Shown piece by piece: positions 1 to 12,834 of a DNA stretch of 64,000 nt. The first letter of the stretch is position 1; each line of letters begins with the position of its first letter. This DNA comes from Eledone cirrhosa. Lineage: Eukaryota. The position numbers were made by a program, and so were the translations under genes. The stretch lies in NCBI GenBank assembly GCA_964016885.1, contig OZ024740.1, positions 363,878,001-363,942,000 on the forward strand. The letters are read 5' to 3'. The notes under the pieces were generated by a model that had not been told where the DNA came from, did no database searches, and saw only the letters and a list, made by a program, of their open reading frames with translations.

Positions 1-250
1 CTGCAACATTAGCTGATGAGCTGGCTCCTCCTTCCAATCATCGTTCTCTTTATGGGCTCATCATGTAGGATCCCGTGTTCTTGGGTCACAAGGATCAGCA
101 TACCACTTTCCTCAAACAGATAACACAGTTTCTTTCTTTTCTCCAGCACCCTAACAGTCCTCACATTTAGAGTCCCAATTTTAATGGCTCTTCTGCAGGA
201 CAAAACTGAGTTCTTTATATTTTTCTGTCTCAGAGACAACCCATCCATTA
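1..250 (-). mobile_element. Non-LTR retrotransposon (probably RTE clade), N-terminal APE endonuclease fragment
   Basis: IKIGTLNVRT...ILVTQEH matches APE motifs I and II; degenerate and cut by the window edge. Confidence 0.7.
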
Positions 251-697
251 TTCACTGACCCTCCCTGCTCCTTGGCAGTGTAGTTAGAAGCTCTAACCCT
301 AGTGCTGTTAATTATAATCTCCATGGTGCTTAAATAATTACCTTACATGAGTGGTGCCAGTAAGGTATTATCAGTGATGTATATATATTTTTTAATGTGC
401 TTTTATATTTATTTATACTGCCAGGTAACAAAATCTGTATAGAACACCTTACACATCTCCACCTACCTTAATACACCATTATATCATAACAAAGACCATG
501 ATTATATAATTCATGGAAGAGAAAGAGAGGAAGGAAGAGGACATTGATATGCTAACAATTGCCATATCAAAACTGGGTGAATAATCACTCACTCCAAATA
601 TTGTGTAGAAAATAACTTGAGAGCTAAGAACAATAAATACTGACATAAATACTGAATATAAAACATTATGGATGTAAGATATGTTGTTTCATTAACC

Positions 698-845
698 TGG
701 TGGATTGGTAGAATCAGTAGAGCATTGCAAAACATGCTTTGTGGCATATAGTTACATCCTTTTACATTCTGAGTCAAAATCCTGCCACAGTTAGATTTCC
801 CTTTCATCCTTAAAGGGTTGATAAAGTAAAGCACCAGTAATGCAT
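698..845 (+). mobile_element. tRNA-derived SINE with Nin/Deu-like central domain (degenerate)
   Basis: B-box-like GAGTCAAAATCC followed by CCTTTCATCCTT..GGGTTGATAAA..AAGCACCAGT. Same family at ~32110-32200 (+), 41535-41690 (-) and 53968-54162 (-). Confidence 0.6.
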
Positions 846-1008
846 AAATGTATATATGTATATATATATGTATGTATTTATATGTATATATATATGAGTA
901 TATATGTATATATATATATATGTGTATATATATATGTGTGTGTGTATATAATATATATATATGTGTGTATATATATATGTATGTATAATACATATATATT
1001 TTTGTGCG

Positions 1009-1040
<32 letters not shown>

Positions 1041-1044
<4 letters not shown>

Positions 1045-1408
1045 TCATCATCATTTAATATTCATCTTCGATGCTAGCATGGGTTGGATGGTTTTGTTCC
1101 ACTTCAGGCAGGATTGGTCGAGTGATCGTGTCTTGCGTGTACAGAACTGTCCCTGGTAGGTTTTCTACAGCTGGATGCCCTTCCTAACACCAACCACATT
1201 TACAGTGTGGACTAGGAGATTTTTTACCAGTACTCACTGTAAATGAGGTTTTTATTAGGAAATGCATGCAGCTGTAGAACCCAACCCAAAATCAGTTCTG
1301 TATGAGCAAAACATGGTCACCTGACCTAACATTGCCCACAACAGGACAACTCATCTAACCCATGCCAGCATGGAGAAATGGATGTAAAACGATGATGATG
1401 ATGATGAT
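1041..1408. mobile_element. Two oppositely oriented RTE/SINE 3' tails
   Basis: (CAT)n on the left and (GAT)n on the right. Both halves match the 3' UTR of the RTE at 55313 (ctacagctggatgcccttcctaac; ccatgctagcatgg). Confidence 0.7.
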
Positions 1409-1791
1409 ATATATATATATCTATATATTCACACATATACATATATGCACCAACCCTTTTAGTTACCTATGATATGCAAAGATGTGGTGTACTTATTCTC
1501 AACCAGATACAATTCTATAAAAGCAAAATACTTTTGACTATATATTCTAATGCAGGTTACTTTGTGTGCTTATCTCAGATTCCATCATTGTTATCATTTA
1601 GTATCTACTGACGCTTTTGTGAAATTTTACTGTAAACTAAAAGAATTTTTAATGTAATGTAGTCATAGTGCTGTTTTGTACTTCTCAAGAATGTTTTACT
1701 ATTGCGCTTTCCTGTTGTACAGAACTTCACAAATTAATATGAATCAAAGCATTTTATAAACATTTATGTTTTTATTTTTGTTTAATTTAAG

Positions 1792-1975
1792 ACTACAACT
1801 CAAAATATAACAATGTGGAAATTATCTGGTTCCCAAAATACTGCATGGTCAGAAGGATCTTTCTACCTGAAAACTGATTCTGCATTCACACTAGTATTAA
1901 GGGCTGACATAGAGGAGAATGCAAATGGATATATAGCCATAGATGACATCAACTATTATTCAAAATATTGTGTTG
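1792..1975 (+). CDS. Multi-MAM-domain protein, first visible exon (C-terminal part of a MAM domain)
   Basis: AG acceptor 1790-91, GTAAG donor 1976. Reads TTTQNITMWKLSGSQNTAWSEG...GYIAIDDINYYSKYCV, the MAM W..G....W and IAIDDI..C motifs. Phase 0 to 1. Confidence 0.9.
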
Positions 1976-2179
1976 GTAAGTTGATCTTCATAATTCATTG
2001 TCCAGTCTATTAAAGCTTAATCTGTCTGTTCATCATGTTAATGTGCATGAACAAAAAGCATAAGTAAGCTGAGAGAAAAGCTGAGCTTAAAAGGAATCAG
2101 ATGTTGTATGCAGATGAGAAGATTGCACTGGTTCAGACAGGTGATGTGTATGGATGATGATCTTTGGTAGAAGAAGAGT

Positions 2180-2830
2180 TATAATTAGAAGGAAGTTGTA
2201 GTAAAGGAAGATAAAGAAAGATGTAGGAAGAGATGGTGAAAGCTGATCTCAGCATGCTGAATCTCACAAAGGAGTTGACAAAACGAAAGAACCAAATGGA
2301 GAGATGGTGTATTGGAGAGGACCCATCTAACCTATGCATGCATGAAAAAAACAGATGTAAAAGAGTGGATGAAGATGAAACATATATACAGTATGCCCCA
2401 CCCCACCCTCCCATACATCTCCCATGAGGACAGGCCAAAATATGCATCCAGTGAAGGTCCCAGCCCACACTGTAAAGTGGTCGTGGTGGTGACACAACAA
2501 AAAGCGCCCAGCTCACACTGCAGGTATCATGCAGGTATCCCAACAAAAAGTACCCAGTACTCACTATAAAGTGGTCATGTAGCTGTCACAACAAAAAGCA
2601 CCCAGTACTCCCTGTAAAGTTGTCATGTAGGTGTCACAACAAAAAGCACACAGTACTCGCGATAAATGAGGTTGGCATTAGGAAGCGGATCCAGCTGTAG
2701 AAACCAAGCCAAAATCAGTTCTGTATGAGCAAGACATGGTCACTTGACCTAGCATTGCCCACAACAGGACAACTCGTCTAACCCATGCTAGCATGGAAAA
2801 ATGGATGTTAAACGGAGATGATGATGATTA
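2180..2830 (+). mobile_element. Degenerate RTE 3' ends with ~46-bp tandem subrepeats
   Basis: Repeats of aaaagcacccagtac..ctgtaaagtggtcatgtag and a (GAT)n tail. Similar units at 19990-20300, 27890-28440, 29240-29830 and 39280-39590. Confidence 0.65.
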
Positions 2831-3085
2831 TTATTTCTATATATTGTTTAACTGACAGTGGTTTTCATCTCCAGCCATTTTAGATGAAACATTTACAAAT
2901 ATGTAAAAAGATAATGATGATTATTCATGCACATGTTTGGATTTGTAAAACCATCAAACCTGTGCTAGAATGAAAAGAAATAGGAGTTCTAGCTAATAGT
3001 TGAACTTGAGAAATCATTAATCTGATGATAGCATGCAAAATGGATGGATAAAATGCTTGTTTATTTTTTCTTTATCTATTTTTAG

Positions 3086-3181
3086 TTTCTCCTATAAAAG
3101 CTAAACCCTTGAATCAACTATCCACAACTAGAGGTCCAATGACAACAATATCAACAACAACCTCAAGTGTTCTGATGCCAG
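3086..3181 (+). CDS. Multi-MAM protein exon 2 (Ser/Thr/Pro linker)
   Basis: ttttag acceptor, gtaaga donor, 96 nt, phase 1-1. Reads VSPIKAKPLNQLSTTRGPMTTISTTTSSVLMP and keeps the frame between exons 1 and 3. Confidence 0.8.
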
Positions 3182-5376
3182 GTAAGAACTTTCTAGTTCA
3201 GAACTTCACAAATCTTTTACTTGTAACAAAATTTAATGTCTATTCATCCATCCAGCCCCAAACAAATTAATCAAATATAAAATTACAAAACATAATTAAC
3301 CAGTAATTAATACAACTTATATGAGAAAAGAATGTATAAATTATTAATGCAAACATACCTTTAAAGCTTGAATTATGATTTAAAGGAAAAGATGGGTTTG
3401 ATGGGCACAGAAACGTTGTAGGTTTGCGAGTTTGAGCAACACTTTACGTTCTATTGCAAAGTGCTTCTCTGTTTAGTAAATAATGTACATGGCTAAATCC
3501 AGATTCCACTATATACCAACCTGGAAAAGCTAGAAACTAAGCCCAACAATTGCACAAAGCTTCAGATGATATTTTGTTACAGATTTTTTTTGTTGTTGTT
3601 GTTCACCCTCTATTGTGGATACAGTGAGTTAAATGGTTTAAAAGTTCACTTCACAATCATTAAGTCCTAGTTTCTATCCCACTGCATGGAATTTGGGAAA
3701 ATATATTTTTATATAGTCTCAGCTTGATTCATGCTTTGTGAGTGAAATTGAATATATGATTGTTAACATGAAGCAGTAATTTTATTCTATATAATTGTTT
3801 TGTTCTATTGACATGTTTAAATTCTTGTGAGATGTAGTTTGACAACAAATCCAGAAATTTCTTTACTCAATTGTTTACTTATCCAGTTAGCAAGAGTATT
3901 CACTAGTTTTATCAAGTAGGTTTATATCATAACACTCTTCATACCAAACTGATTCATGTTCGATGATACAAAACTGTTTATTTTAAAGTGTTTATATATA
4001 TCTAAAAATCTTCCATCATAATTTTGTGTAAGAACTCTTCTTAATTTATGTTCCAAACACCTAAACAATGTGGAAGTTAACTATATTACTAAATTTCTTT
4101 AATTCTTGATCATTTTAAAAGTTATTTGAAAATCATAGGCAGTGTCTTCCATTAGAAATATGGTAACGAACGGGTTAAAAACAATGATGAAAATATTTTG
4201 TGTGTAAGAAATGGAATTGCTACTTTTATTATTATTTAATTAAATAAAAGATATTTATATGAGAACATGGCTTATTCTAGAAGATGTAATATAAATTAAT
4301 GTAGATAAAAAGTTTTTTTAATTCGAAGATTTTGCTGTGAAAATATTGAAGTGTAAATACTTTCAATATTCCCCTACACAAAGAAAAGCATACAAAATTG
4401 CCTTTATCCATCTCTGAAATGTTGATCTCATCATCAGAAGATAACTACTAGCGTGATTTGGTTTAAAGAGGAGTTTTACTAAAGAAATGCTATATATGCA
4501 TATGTAAAGCAAGATGTACAGTATAGCTGAAATGGTTACTCTATAAAGCATGATACACATACATCAACTATATACTAACATATATATTGTTGCTATAGTA
4601 AGATTACAAAAGCATGCTGGTAGTCATATTCTGATGAGGAAACAAAAGTCTCCAAAATCCTTAAAGGTAATCTCCGACGCTTTTGCTATGGTCGTGTGGG
4701 TGAAGAAGTACTTAGAGATCCTAGTGGAAGGAAGTTGTAGTAGAGGAATACATGGAGAAATATGATAAGAGTTGATCTCAAATTGCTGGACTTCACAGGG
4801 CAGATGATGAAGGAATGCCAACAAATGAAGGGAAGCTGTGATGAAAAAGACCCATCATACACATGGAAACGAAGACATAAGATAATGAAGGATGCTGATT
4901 TTCTGTGTACAGAGGAATGTAAAATGTATTTATACTTCATTATTTTTGAGTGAAGGCTTCTAATTGAAAAATAAAATTGTAGCTATATCTCCATTAAATG
5001 TATATAATTATCTAGATTGGAATAGGTACACCATATCTCTGCATGTCATAAGAGGTGACTAAAATGTTGGTACCTGGAAGATCATCTGACTGTAAAACCA
5101 AGCCTTAAAAGTGACCTCATGTTATGAAGCCAGCAACCTCTTAAAACACTCGTTGTATTGCTGTATTGTTGTATATATGGAGTAGAGAAACCACAGACAG
5201 ACAATGCACACATGCAATGTTAACACACCCAGACACACATACACACCATCACAAACAATGTATTCACCACTCCAATAACACATACGCACTTGCATACAAA
5301 GAGGAATGAAAAACAACAATCACACTCACCCCTTGTTTATCTAATCTCTGAACATCTTATTTTTTGTTTCTACTTT

Positions 5377-5499
5377 TACTGATGAAGAACTAATGTCTGA
5401 TACATTGAACTTTCTTTTCTGTTTCAAGTGGGAAACTAATAAGACTACTTGTTATTGTGTCTCTGTTTTTGGTTTGTTCTTTAGCAATCTCTTTTTGAA

Positions 5500-5565
<66 letters not shown>

Positions 5566-6633
5566 GGGAATATTTACAAAATATTACCCAAAAAAACAAT
5601 TTTGTTCTGTGAAGAAACACAACTACCAACACAGCTGCTACTATCATTACTACACACCTCTCTCTCTCTCTTTACAAGAACTCATTCTCCAGTCCACTTC
5701 TGAGCAAGGAAGATGGGAAAAAACTTACTCCAACACTTAATTTTAAATTTTAAATTTTTAGTTTTTAATTCTTTTATTTGATAAGATGAATAATACATCA
5801 AAACCGGTAATATTTTATATACTTTATATACATTATAAAACCTTTTTTTTTAAGAATTGTCCCTCTCATTTTTTCAATAATGTCTTCTTTTCAATAATGT
5901 CACTTTGACGAATCAAAGAAAGGAATAAAAAGAAAAACAGACCCTAAAATATATTTTCCATGCTATTTCCAACTTCACCTTTTCTCTCTCTCTATATATA
6001 TATATATACTGATGAAGAACTAATGTCTGATACATTGAACTTTCTTTTCTGTTTCAAGTGGGAAACTAATAAGACTACTTGTTATTGTGTCTCTGTTTTT
6101 GGTTTGATCTTTAGCAATCTTTTTTTGAACTAATATATCTATATATATATATATATATCATCATCATCATCATCATCAACGTTTAACGTCCGTGTTCCAC
6201 GCTTGCATGGGTTTGGACGGGGGTAGTCCCACTTGAGGCAAGAGTGATTGTCTTGCTCGCATAGGACTGTCTGGCAGGTTTTCTACAGTTGGATGCCCTT
6301 CCTAACACCAACCACATTTACAGTGTGGGTCTGGGAGGTTTTTACCGTGTTGCCTACACGGCCACATTACAGCGTGGACTGTGTGTTTTTTTGTCGTGAC
6401 ACCTACACGATCTCATTTGTTTCGGCCTGGATGGCGCGGCACCAACATAACTTTACATAGAACGGGGTGGTGTGGATGGGGTGGGGGTGGTGGTGGTGGG
6501 ACGGGGTGTATTTTGTTAGAGATGCCTACTGGCTGGAGTAGGTTTTACTATATATTTAGGTAAGGTGGGTCTTCTCTGTTACTGAGTACCGCCAAAGGTC
6601 TCGGTCCAGTGACATTGTCTTGGAGAGGTGTAA

Positions 6634-6696
<63 letters not shown>

Positions 6697-7702
6697 GGGA
6701 AGTAAGGTTCTATATACAAAACAGTGGATATAGAGAAAAGGTGAAGCTAGAAATAGCACGGAAAATATATTTTAGGGTCTGTTTTTCTTTTTTTTCCTTT
6801 CTTTGATTTGTCAAAGTGACATTATTGAAAAGAAGACATTATTGAAAAAATGAGAGGGACAATTCTTTTAAAAAAAGATTTTATAATGTATATAAAGTAT
6901 ATAAAGTATTACCGGTTTTGATGTATTATTAAAATTCATCTTATCAAATGTTGAGTATTACAATTAAAAAGAATTAAGAGGAATTAAAAACTAAAAATTA
7001 AAGATTTTAAATTAAGTGTTGGAGTAAGTTTTTTTCCCATCTTCCTTGCTCAACAGTGGACTGGAGAATGAATTCTTATGAATAGAGAGAGAGAGATAGA
7101 GGGGAGAGAGTGAGAGAGAGAGAGGTGTAGTAATGATAGTAGCAGTAGTGTTAGTAGTTGTGTTTTTTTTTCACAGAACAAAATTGTTTTTTGGAGCCAA
7201 AGGAAATATTCTGTAAATATGTGTTATATATATTGTTATATATACACCCTCACACTACACACACACTCCCTACAACCAATAATAGAATTTCTTTTACAAC
7301 CTACTGCTACCCTAGAATTTGTCTCTAGTTTACAATTCCCCATCTCCATTTGAACTCTTGACACAATCAGATATACACACATATTTACAGAATATTACCC
7401 CAAAAAACAATTTTGTTCTGTGAAGAAACACAACTACCAACACAGCTGCTACTATCATTACTTCACACCTCTCTCTCTCTATTTACAAGAACTCATTCTC
7501 CAGTCCACTTCTGAGCAAGGAAGATGGGAAAAAACTTACTCCAACACTTAATTTTAAATTTTAAATTTTTAGTTTTTAATTCTTTTATTTGATAAGATGA
7601 ATAATACATCAAAACCGGTAATACTTTATATACTTTATATACATTATAAAACCTTTTTTTTTAAGAATTGTCCCTCTCATTTTTTCAATAATGTCTTCTT
7701 TT

Positions 7703-7705
<3 letters not shown>
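5377..7705. repeat. Cluster of PLE pseudo-LTR-like repeats in direct and inverted orientation
   Basis: 5377-5500 repeats at 6008-6135. 5560-5990 (+), 6690-7222 (-) and 7381-7705 (+) are one unit. Each carries a decayed minimal hammerhead and is bounded by (TA)n. Confidence 0.65.
6158..6636 (-). mobile_element. Young RTE LINE 3' end
   Basis: Nearly identical to 55313-55760; encodes ...HLSKTMSLDRDLWRYSVTEKT; (GAT)n tail. Confidence 0.88.
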
Positions 7706-7763
<58 letters not shown>

Positions 7764-7770
7764 AAGAGGA

Positions 7771-7804
<34 letters not shown>

Positions 7805-7847
7805 GATACACAGATACATATATATATTTGTTTAATATTTGGTGTAG

Positions 7848-7979
7848 GTCCATATGACTGTACATTTGAAAGAAGAACCTTCTGTAACTGGACTCAGTCT
7901 ACCTCTAATATAAAGTGGATTCTCTACAAAGGTTCAAACTATAGATATGATCCTCATTTTGACCACACAACTGGGAAAT
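7848..7979 (+). CDS. Multi-MAM protein exon 3 (MAM N-terminus)
   Basis: GPYDCTFERRTFCNWTQ...W...DHTTGK; AG/GTAAG boundaries; phase 1-1. Confidence 0.92.
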
Positions 7980-8324
7980 GTAAGTATCTGAACACTTTTA
8001 TTCTTATACTATAGAATAGTCAGGTGTGTATAACTGGTTTAGAATAGGTACACTATATCTTTGCTTGTATGTAAAAGAAGGAAGTAAAAGAGTTGGCAAT
8101 TGGTAATGCCTCTGACTGTAAAGCAAAGGTTTTCAAATTTTGAAGGCTACTTCCCCTCTCACAGCCACATAATACCCTTAGCATCCACCAACCATATTTC
8201 CAGAAAGATCTGCCTACATGCAAATTGTAAATAATATAAAATTAATAAAATCGTTAATTTATATATAATAAATAATATAATAATGTATAAATAAATATTA
8301 TATATTTTTTTATTTCACTATATA

Positions 8325-9587
8325 CAGGGTGCGGACGATATTTGTTCGCAAGATTACTGTCTAGGAAAAATTAACACAGTACTTTTATTTTTTAAGATAT
8401 ATTTATCAAACTTGGGTCAGTTTGTCTTCATGACTTGTTCTTTCAATCTCACTCAATAAACCCGCCATTGGCTTTGATGACGGCCTCAAGGCGGCCTCGG
8501 AACCGGCTACAGGCCTTCGTCACTGTCCCCCGACTAAAGGCACTTGTGATCCTGGCCTTCAGATTGTCTTTCGTATTGCAGCTAGATCTGTTGGTGTCTT
8601 GTTCCACTGCGCCACACACAAAGAAGTTGAGGGGGTTGCAGTCAGGCGAGCTGGGAGGCCAGTTGTCAGGTGAAGTGTGGTCAATGAAGTTCTCTGACAA
8701 CCAGGCTTGGGTCTTTCGGCTGGTATGGCAGGGTGCTGAGTCTTGCTGCCACACGTACAGCCTACCTGCAGCTACCTGGTCGATCCAGGGCTTTACTACC
8801 TCGCTCAGAACGCGGATGTAGCCAACGGTGTTCAGCTTGAGGCCCTCAGGGAAGAAGTGAGGTGGCATGACGTCACCTTGACTGCTGACGACACCTAAGA
8901 CCAATGTTGTCGCTGGAAACTTTGTCTGCATGACTCTGGACACGTCTTTGGATGAGACAGAAAGCCACCTGTTGTTCTGGGAGTTGATCTTCTGGTCTTG
9001 GCAGAAGTTTTTCTCGTCGGAGAAAAACCACAGCATGTCTGGCTCCAGTGGGTGTTTCAACTTGTTGATCAGCTTCTTTGCGTGCTTCAGTCACTTTTCT
9101 TGCATCGCCTTTGACAGAAATTGTCCTTTCCTCATCTTGTATGAAACGTAGCGAATGTCTTCATGTACCACCAGCCTAATGAGCTTTTCATCCATGCCTT
9201 TCTCCCTTGCAATGGCACGCATCGACTTGCTATGTTCATTGTTGATGATATCCTGAACTTCAGCGACAAACTCGGGTGTTCTGAAGGCGTCAGATCATGT
9301 GTTTTCCTCTCTGATGTTGCTTCGTAGTCGAATCCTGAATCTTCCAATTCCTTTCTGACCTTTTCCACCATTCTCCTGCTGACACTGAGAAAGTCTGAAA
9401 TTATTTGTCCTCCCGGCGTGGATTCCACAAATTTGGAGGTTCAAAATTATTCATAATCAATTATTCTGAAAATAAATAATGGAAATATAGTCACTGTTTT
9501 TATGAAGACAAGAGTGACAACGGAAGTAAAAAAAATTTGCATAAAATTAGCAGTTTAAAATTGCGAACAAATATCGTCCACACCCTG
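8325..9587 (-). mobile_element. Tc1/mariner DD37D (maT-type) DNA transposon, full length, defective transposase
   Basis: 27-bp TIRs CAGGGTG(C/T)GGACGATATTTGTTCGCAA (26/27 match) flanked by TA. Transposase WFFSDEKNF...WQQDSAPCH...WPPSSPDCNPLN has 37 residues between the second D and the third catalytic position (here N). The N-terminus is frameshifted. Confidence 0.93.
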
Positions 9588-9798
9588 TATATATATATAT
9601 ATATATATATACATAACTACATAAACGGAGAAAGCTATTAGCGATACTCCAACCAATTTCCAACTCACTCAACAAACATTAGGAAATACCGGAGTATATT
9701 CCCAATTAAACGTTTGGAGTACTAACTATATTGTATTGTGTGGATAATTGGCTGTATTATTTTATATGAGATATATTAAAAATCTCTCTCTCTCTATG

Positions 9799-9836
<38 letters not shown>

Positions 9837-9916
9837 ACGAAGGAAATGTGGTAAGGAACCAGGTGGACCATAACGCACCAAAGTACTCAATACTTAGGGT
9901 AGTAGAGTGGGTAATA

Positions 9917-10017
9917 GGAACCAGTAAGACCCCGACGGCTGAGCTCAAGCCGTTTCGACGGCTAATTATTAGCCGTCGAAACGGCTTGAGCTCAGCAGGC
10001 GGGGTCTTACTGGTTCC
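9917..10017. repeat. 101-bp palindrome containing the 3' half of a hammerhead ribozyme
   Basis: 50-bp arms with 2 mismatches, centre at 9967. The minus strand reads GACGGCTAAT-A-ATTAGCCGTC GAAAC GGCT TGAGCTC AGCC GTC GGGG. Confidence 0.8.
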
Positions 10018-10046
10018 ATATATATATATATATATATATATATAAT

Positions 10047-10182
10047 TGGTTACACAACAGTTAGTTCACCATACTGAGAACAATTGTTTCACCTTAGCGG
10101 ATCCCCAGCTCCATTACGAGCTGAGGATCCGCTAAGGTGAAACAATTGTTCTCGGTATGGTGAACTAACTGTTGTGTAACCA
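10047..10182. repeat. 136-bp palindrome, an inverted duplication of a minimal hammerhead plus tail
   Basis: 65-bp arms, 6-nt loop (10112-10117), 2 mismatches. Confidence 0.9.
10117..10154 (+). ncRNA. Minimal type I hammerhead ribozyme (intact core)
   Basis: CGAG-CTGAGGA-TCC GCTAA GGT-GAAA-C AATT G-TT-CTCG: 4-bp stem I, CUGANGA and GAAA core, palindromic AATT loop III, GUU triplet. The first pair of stem II is U.U. Confidence 0.75.
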
Positions 10183-10249
10183 CTTCTACCTAACTCGTCC
10201 CATGGACTGAGTGCTCTACCACTACAGATATTACCTTCCAGTGTTCTAC

Positions 10250-10320
<71 letters not shown>

Positions 10321-10811
10321 AGCAAATTATAAACATAAACATGTAAGTATGTTTTTGAAACGGTGCGCGAGTTTGAAATTAGAAATTAGAAATTATAAGC
10401 TTTCACCGTATTTTAGACTAAAGAAATTTCTAGCCTGATAGTGGGGTTTATAACCCTCGGAGAAATGGAAAAAGATGAGTGTTGCCGTATATGTATATAT
10501 ATATATACATATATATATATATAAGTAGAAGGGGTATTTAATTTGTTGGAAGTCCAACAAATATAAATGTTTATAACTGATTAGAGCACTCAACAGTTTA
10601 CTGGAGTAAATATTCAATGATATTAAATAAATGGAAACTATATTTATAAAACCATATTAATTTTATTATATATATTTATATATATATTTATATTATATAT
10701 ATTTTATTATTTATATATATGTATGTAAAAGGTAAATAGAAATAACAACACAATCGATACAGTATATAGAAGGGATATATTAGGTTAACACTTAATATAG
10801 CAGGAAAAGGG

Positions 10812-10847
10812 TCTTAACGTTTTGGACGCTAGTCCTTCATCAGAAGA
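10812..10847 (-). ncRNA. Decayed minimal hammerhead in a PLE pseudo-LTR remnant
   Basis: Minus strand TCTT-CTGATGA-A-GGAC TAGC GTCC-AAAAC-GTT-AAGA (GAAA changed to AAAA). Related copies at 5379, 6009 and 25767-25800. Confidence 0.6.
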
Positions 10848-10978
10848 AAGAATGAGAAATAAGATAGATTGAGGGGACGGGTGGGTTGGAATTGAAAAAA
10901 ATCTCTTACAAAACTGTTGGTGCTGGTGTTTTGTGTATGATTTATTTTTTAGAAAAGTGGATGATGGTATGCGTCTAC

Positions 10979-11032
<54 letters not shown>

Positions 11033-11280
11033 TATGTATCATTTGATATTTAATATACCATTACATCATCTCTACCACCACCACCCCAGCCACTGCCCCT
11101 TAGGCCCTAGCACTCCCCAGGACCTTATCAACACACCCCACTGCAGGGGGTAGCGCCCACTTTAAGAACCTCTGCTGTAAAGCATTGCCTTAAAAAGGAT
11201 TCCATGATGAATGTCAAGGTTGTCATGGGATCCACAGGGCTAACCTCTGCTTTAGCAAGGAAATTGACCATAAAACTCAT

Positions 11281-11318
<38 letters not shown>

Positions 11319-11713
11319 TATACTATAAAGTAGCATCTGCATATGGGAAAAACTTAGATGTTTGAAAATTGTTATAGCTTTCTACCTCTGTATAGTTATA
11401 AAAGCATGAATTTGTAAAAGTACATTAAACTTGGTATACCAACTTAGTGCTCCACTACTAATTCAATTAAAAATCTTTTCTTAAGTTTTTTTATACCAAC
11501 CTGGCCAAAGCCAGCTCTGGTTCTAAGGAACAGATACACACATTTTAAATGTCTTGTTAATGTGATTTCATGAAGTATAGCATATAAAGAGTTAAAACAC
11601 ATAGGCAATGTACTTTATCAGAAATATGGTCATGAAAGGATTGAATTTAGTGTTAGTATATTTAAAAAGAAAAATATAAGAATTGCTTGAATGCATATTT
11701 TTTTTGTTTTCAG

Positions 11714-12061
11714 CAAATGGATATTTTGCATTATTCCGGTTTTCAAGATCTAGATTTTCATCCAAGATGGTGAAATTACTTAGCCCACCAATACAGAATT
11801 ATACTCTGGCATGCTTTCAATTCTGGTTTTACATGTTTGGTAACTCAATGCGTTCATTCTCTGTACACCAAATGTCAAGTAATAAAGTATTCAAACAAAT
11901 TTGGTACCATTCGGGTACTTTATCCAGAGAATGGTACCCTGCATCTATTACTGTAGGTCTTAATGAGAATGATAAAATAGCATTTCAAGTGGAACTGAGG
12001 AGATATCTCTCTGGTTCCATTGCACTCGATGACATTAAATTGACTCCAGGACATTGTAAAA
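11714..12061 (+). CDS. Multi-MAM protein exon 4
   Basis: NGYFAL...LLSPP...CFQFWFYMFG...IW.HSG....W...SIALDDIKLTPGHCK; ttttcag/gtaagt; phase 1-1. Confidence 0.93.
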
Positions 12062-12205
12062 GTAAGTAAAAATTAAAAAAAAAACATTTTCTATCACAAT
12101 TATCTTTTTTTTTTTTAAATTAACATTATGCAAAATTTGGAAGCTTGAGAAAGTTTTAATCAATAGTGTCATCAAGAGATTGTAGTTTTAATTTATACGA
12201 TTTAA

Positions 12206-12446
12206 CCCTTTATATACCACACCATAAGAAATCATGCATTGATCTATGATACAAAACTGTTTTAAGTGTTATCTAAATACCTTCCATCATACTTTTATGT
12301 AAGAATCTCTGTTATACCCTTTAGCCAGCTTAATAATGGAAAAGTTAGTTATATTACTAAATACATACATACAATTTCTTGATTATTTTCAAAATAATTT
12401 GAAAATAAAGATTGTCTCATTCATTAGAAATATTGTAATGAAAGGG
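12206..12446. mobile_element. TTAA-flanked MITE (piggyBac-like ends)
   Basis: TTAA-CCCTTT...AAAGGG-TTAA. Related copies at ~3930-4178, 32740-33500 and 39203-39737 (the last interrupted by an RTE/SINE tail). Confidence 0.6.
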
Positions 12447-12834
12447 TTAAATAATACAAAGATATTCCAAGATTGTCAAGTTAAAACATCTCATTAAATA
12501 AGTACCATATATATGCATGTAAAAGTGAAATTCTTTCGACCAGACTTCTTGCCAAATAATTCAGATATTATTTTAAATCATATACAATATGCTTATATGC
12601 ATCATAAACATAATTTGTAATTTTGCTGTGATCCTATGACACCTACCTCAATAACTGTGCTAGAGGAGCAAAATTTTAAGATACAATCAAAAGTGCCATA
12701 TCGTTAACTGAAACCCAAATAGTCTCTAGTAAACAGAGGAGATTCAGCAAGATATATTATATGACATGGCTGGTCCTTTAAATTACAAGTACAACTCATT
12801 TTTGCCAACTGAATGGACTGGAGCAATATGAAAT

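Noticed and set aside
2460-2670. CRISPR-like regularly spaced repeats (also 28120-28280, 29450-29830, 59615-59830)
   Set aside because: The whole unit is repeated, with no unique spacers and no cas genes; the context is eukaryotic LINE UTRs.
10091-10138. Idea that the second palindrome is centred on a long hammerhead stem II
   Set aside because: A complete minimal hammerhead (CTGAGGA at 10121) lies wholly in the right arm, so the centre is just 5' of the ribozyme.
10380-10470. Further hammerhead candidates in (TA)n-bounded snippets (also 10530-10650)
   Set aside because: Only partial GAAA or CTGA matches, without convincing stems I and III.
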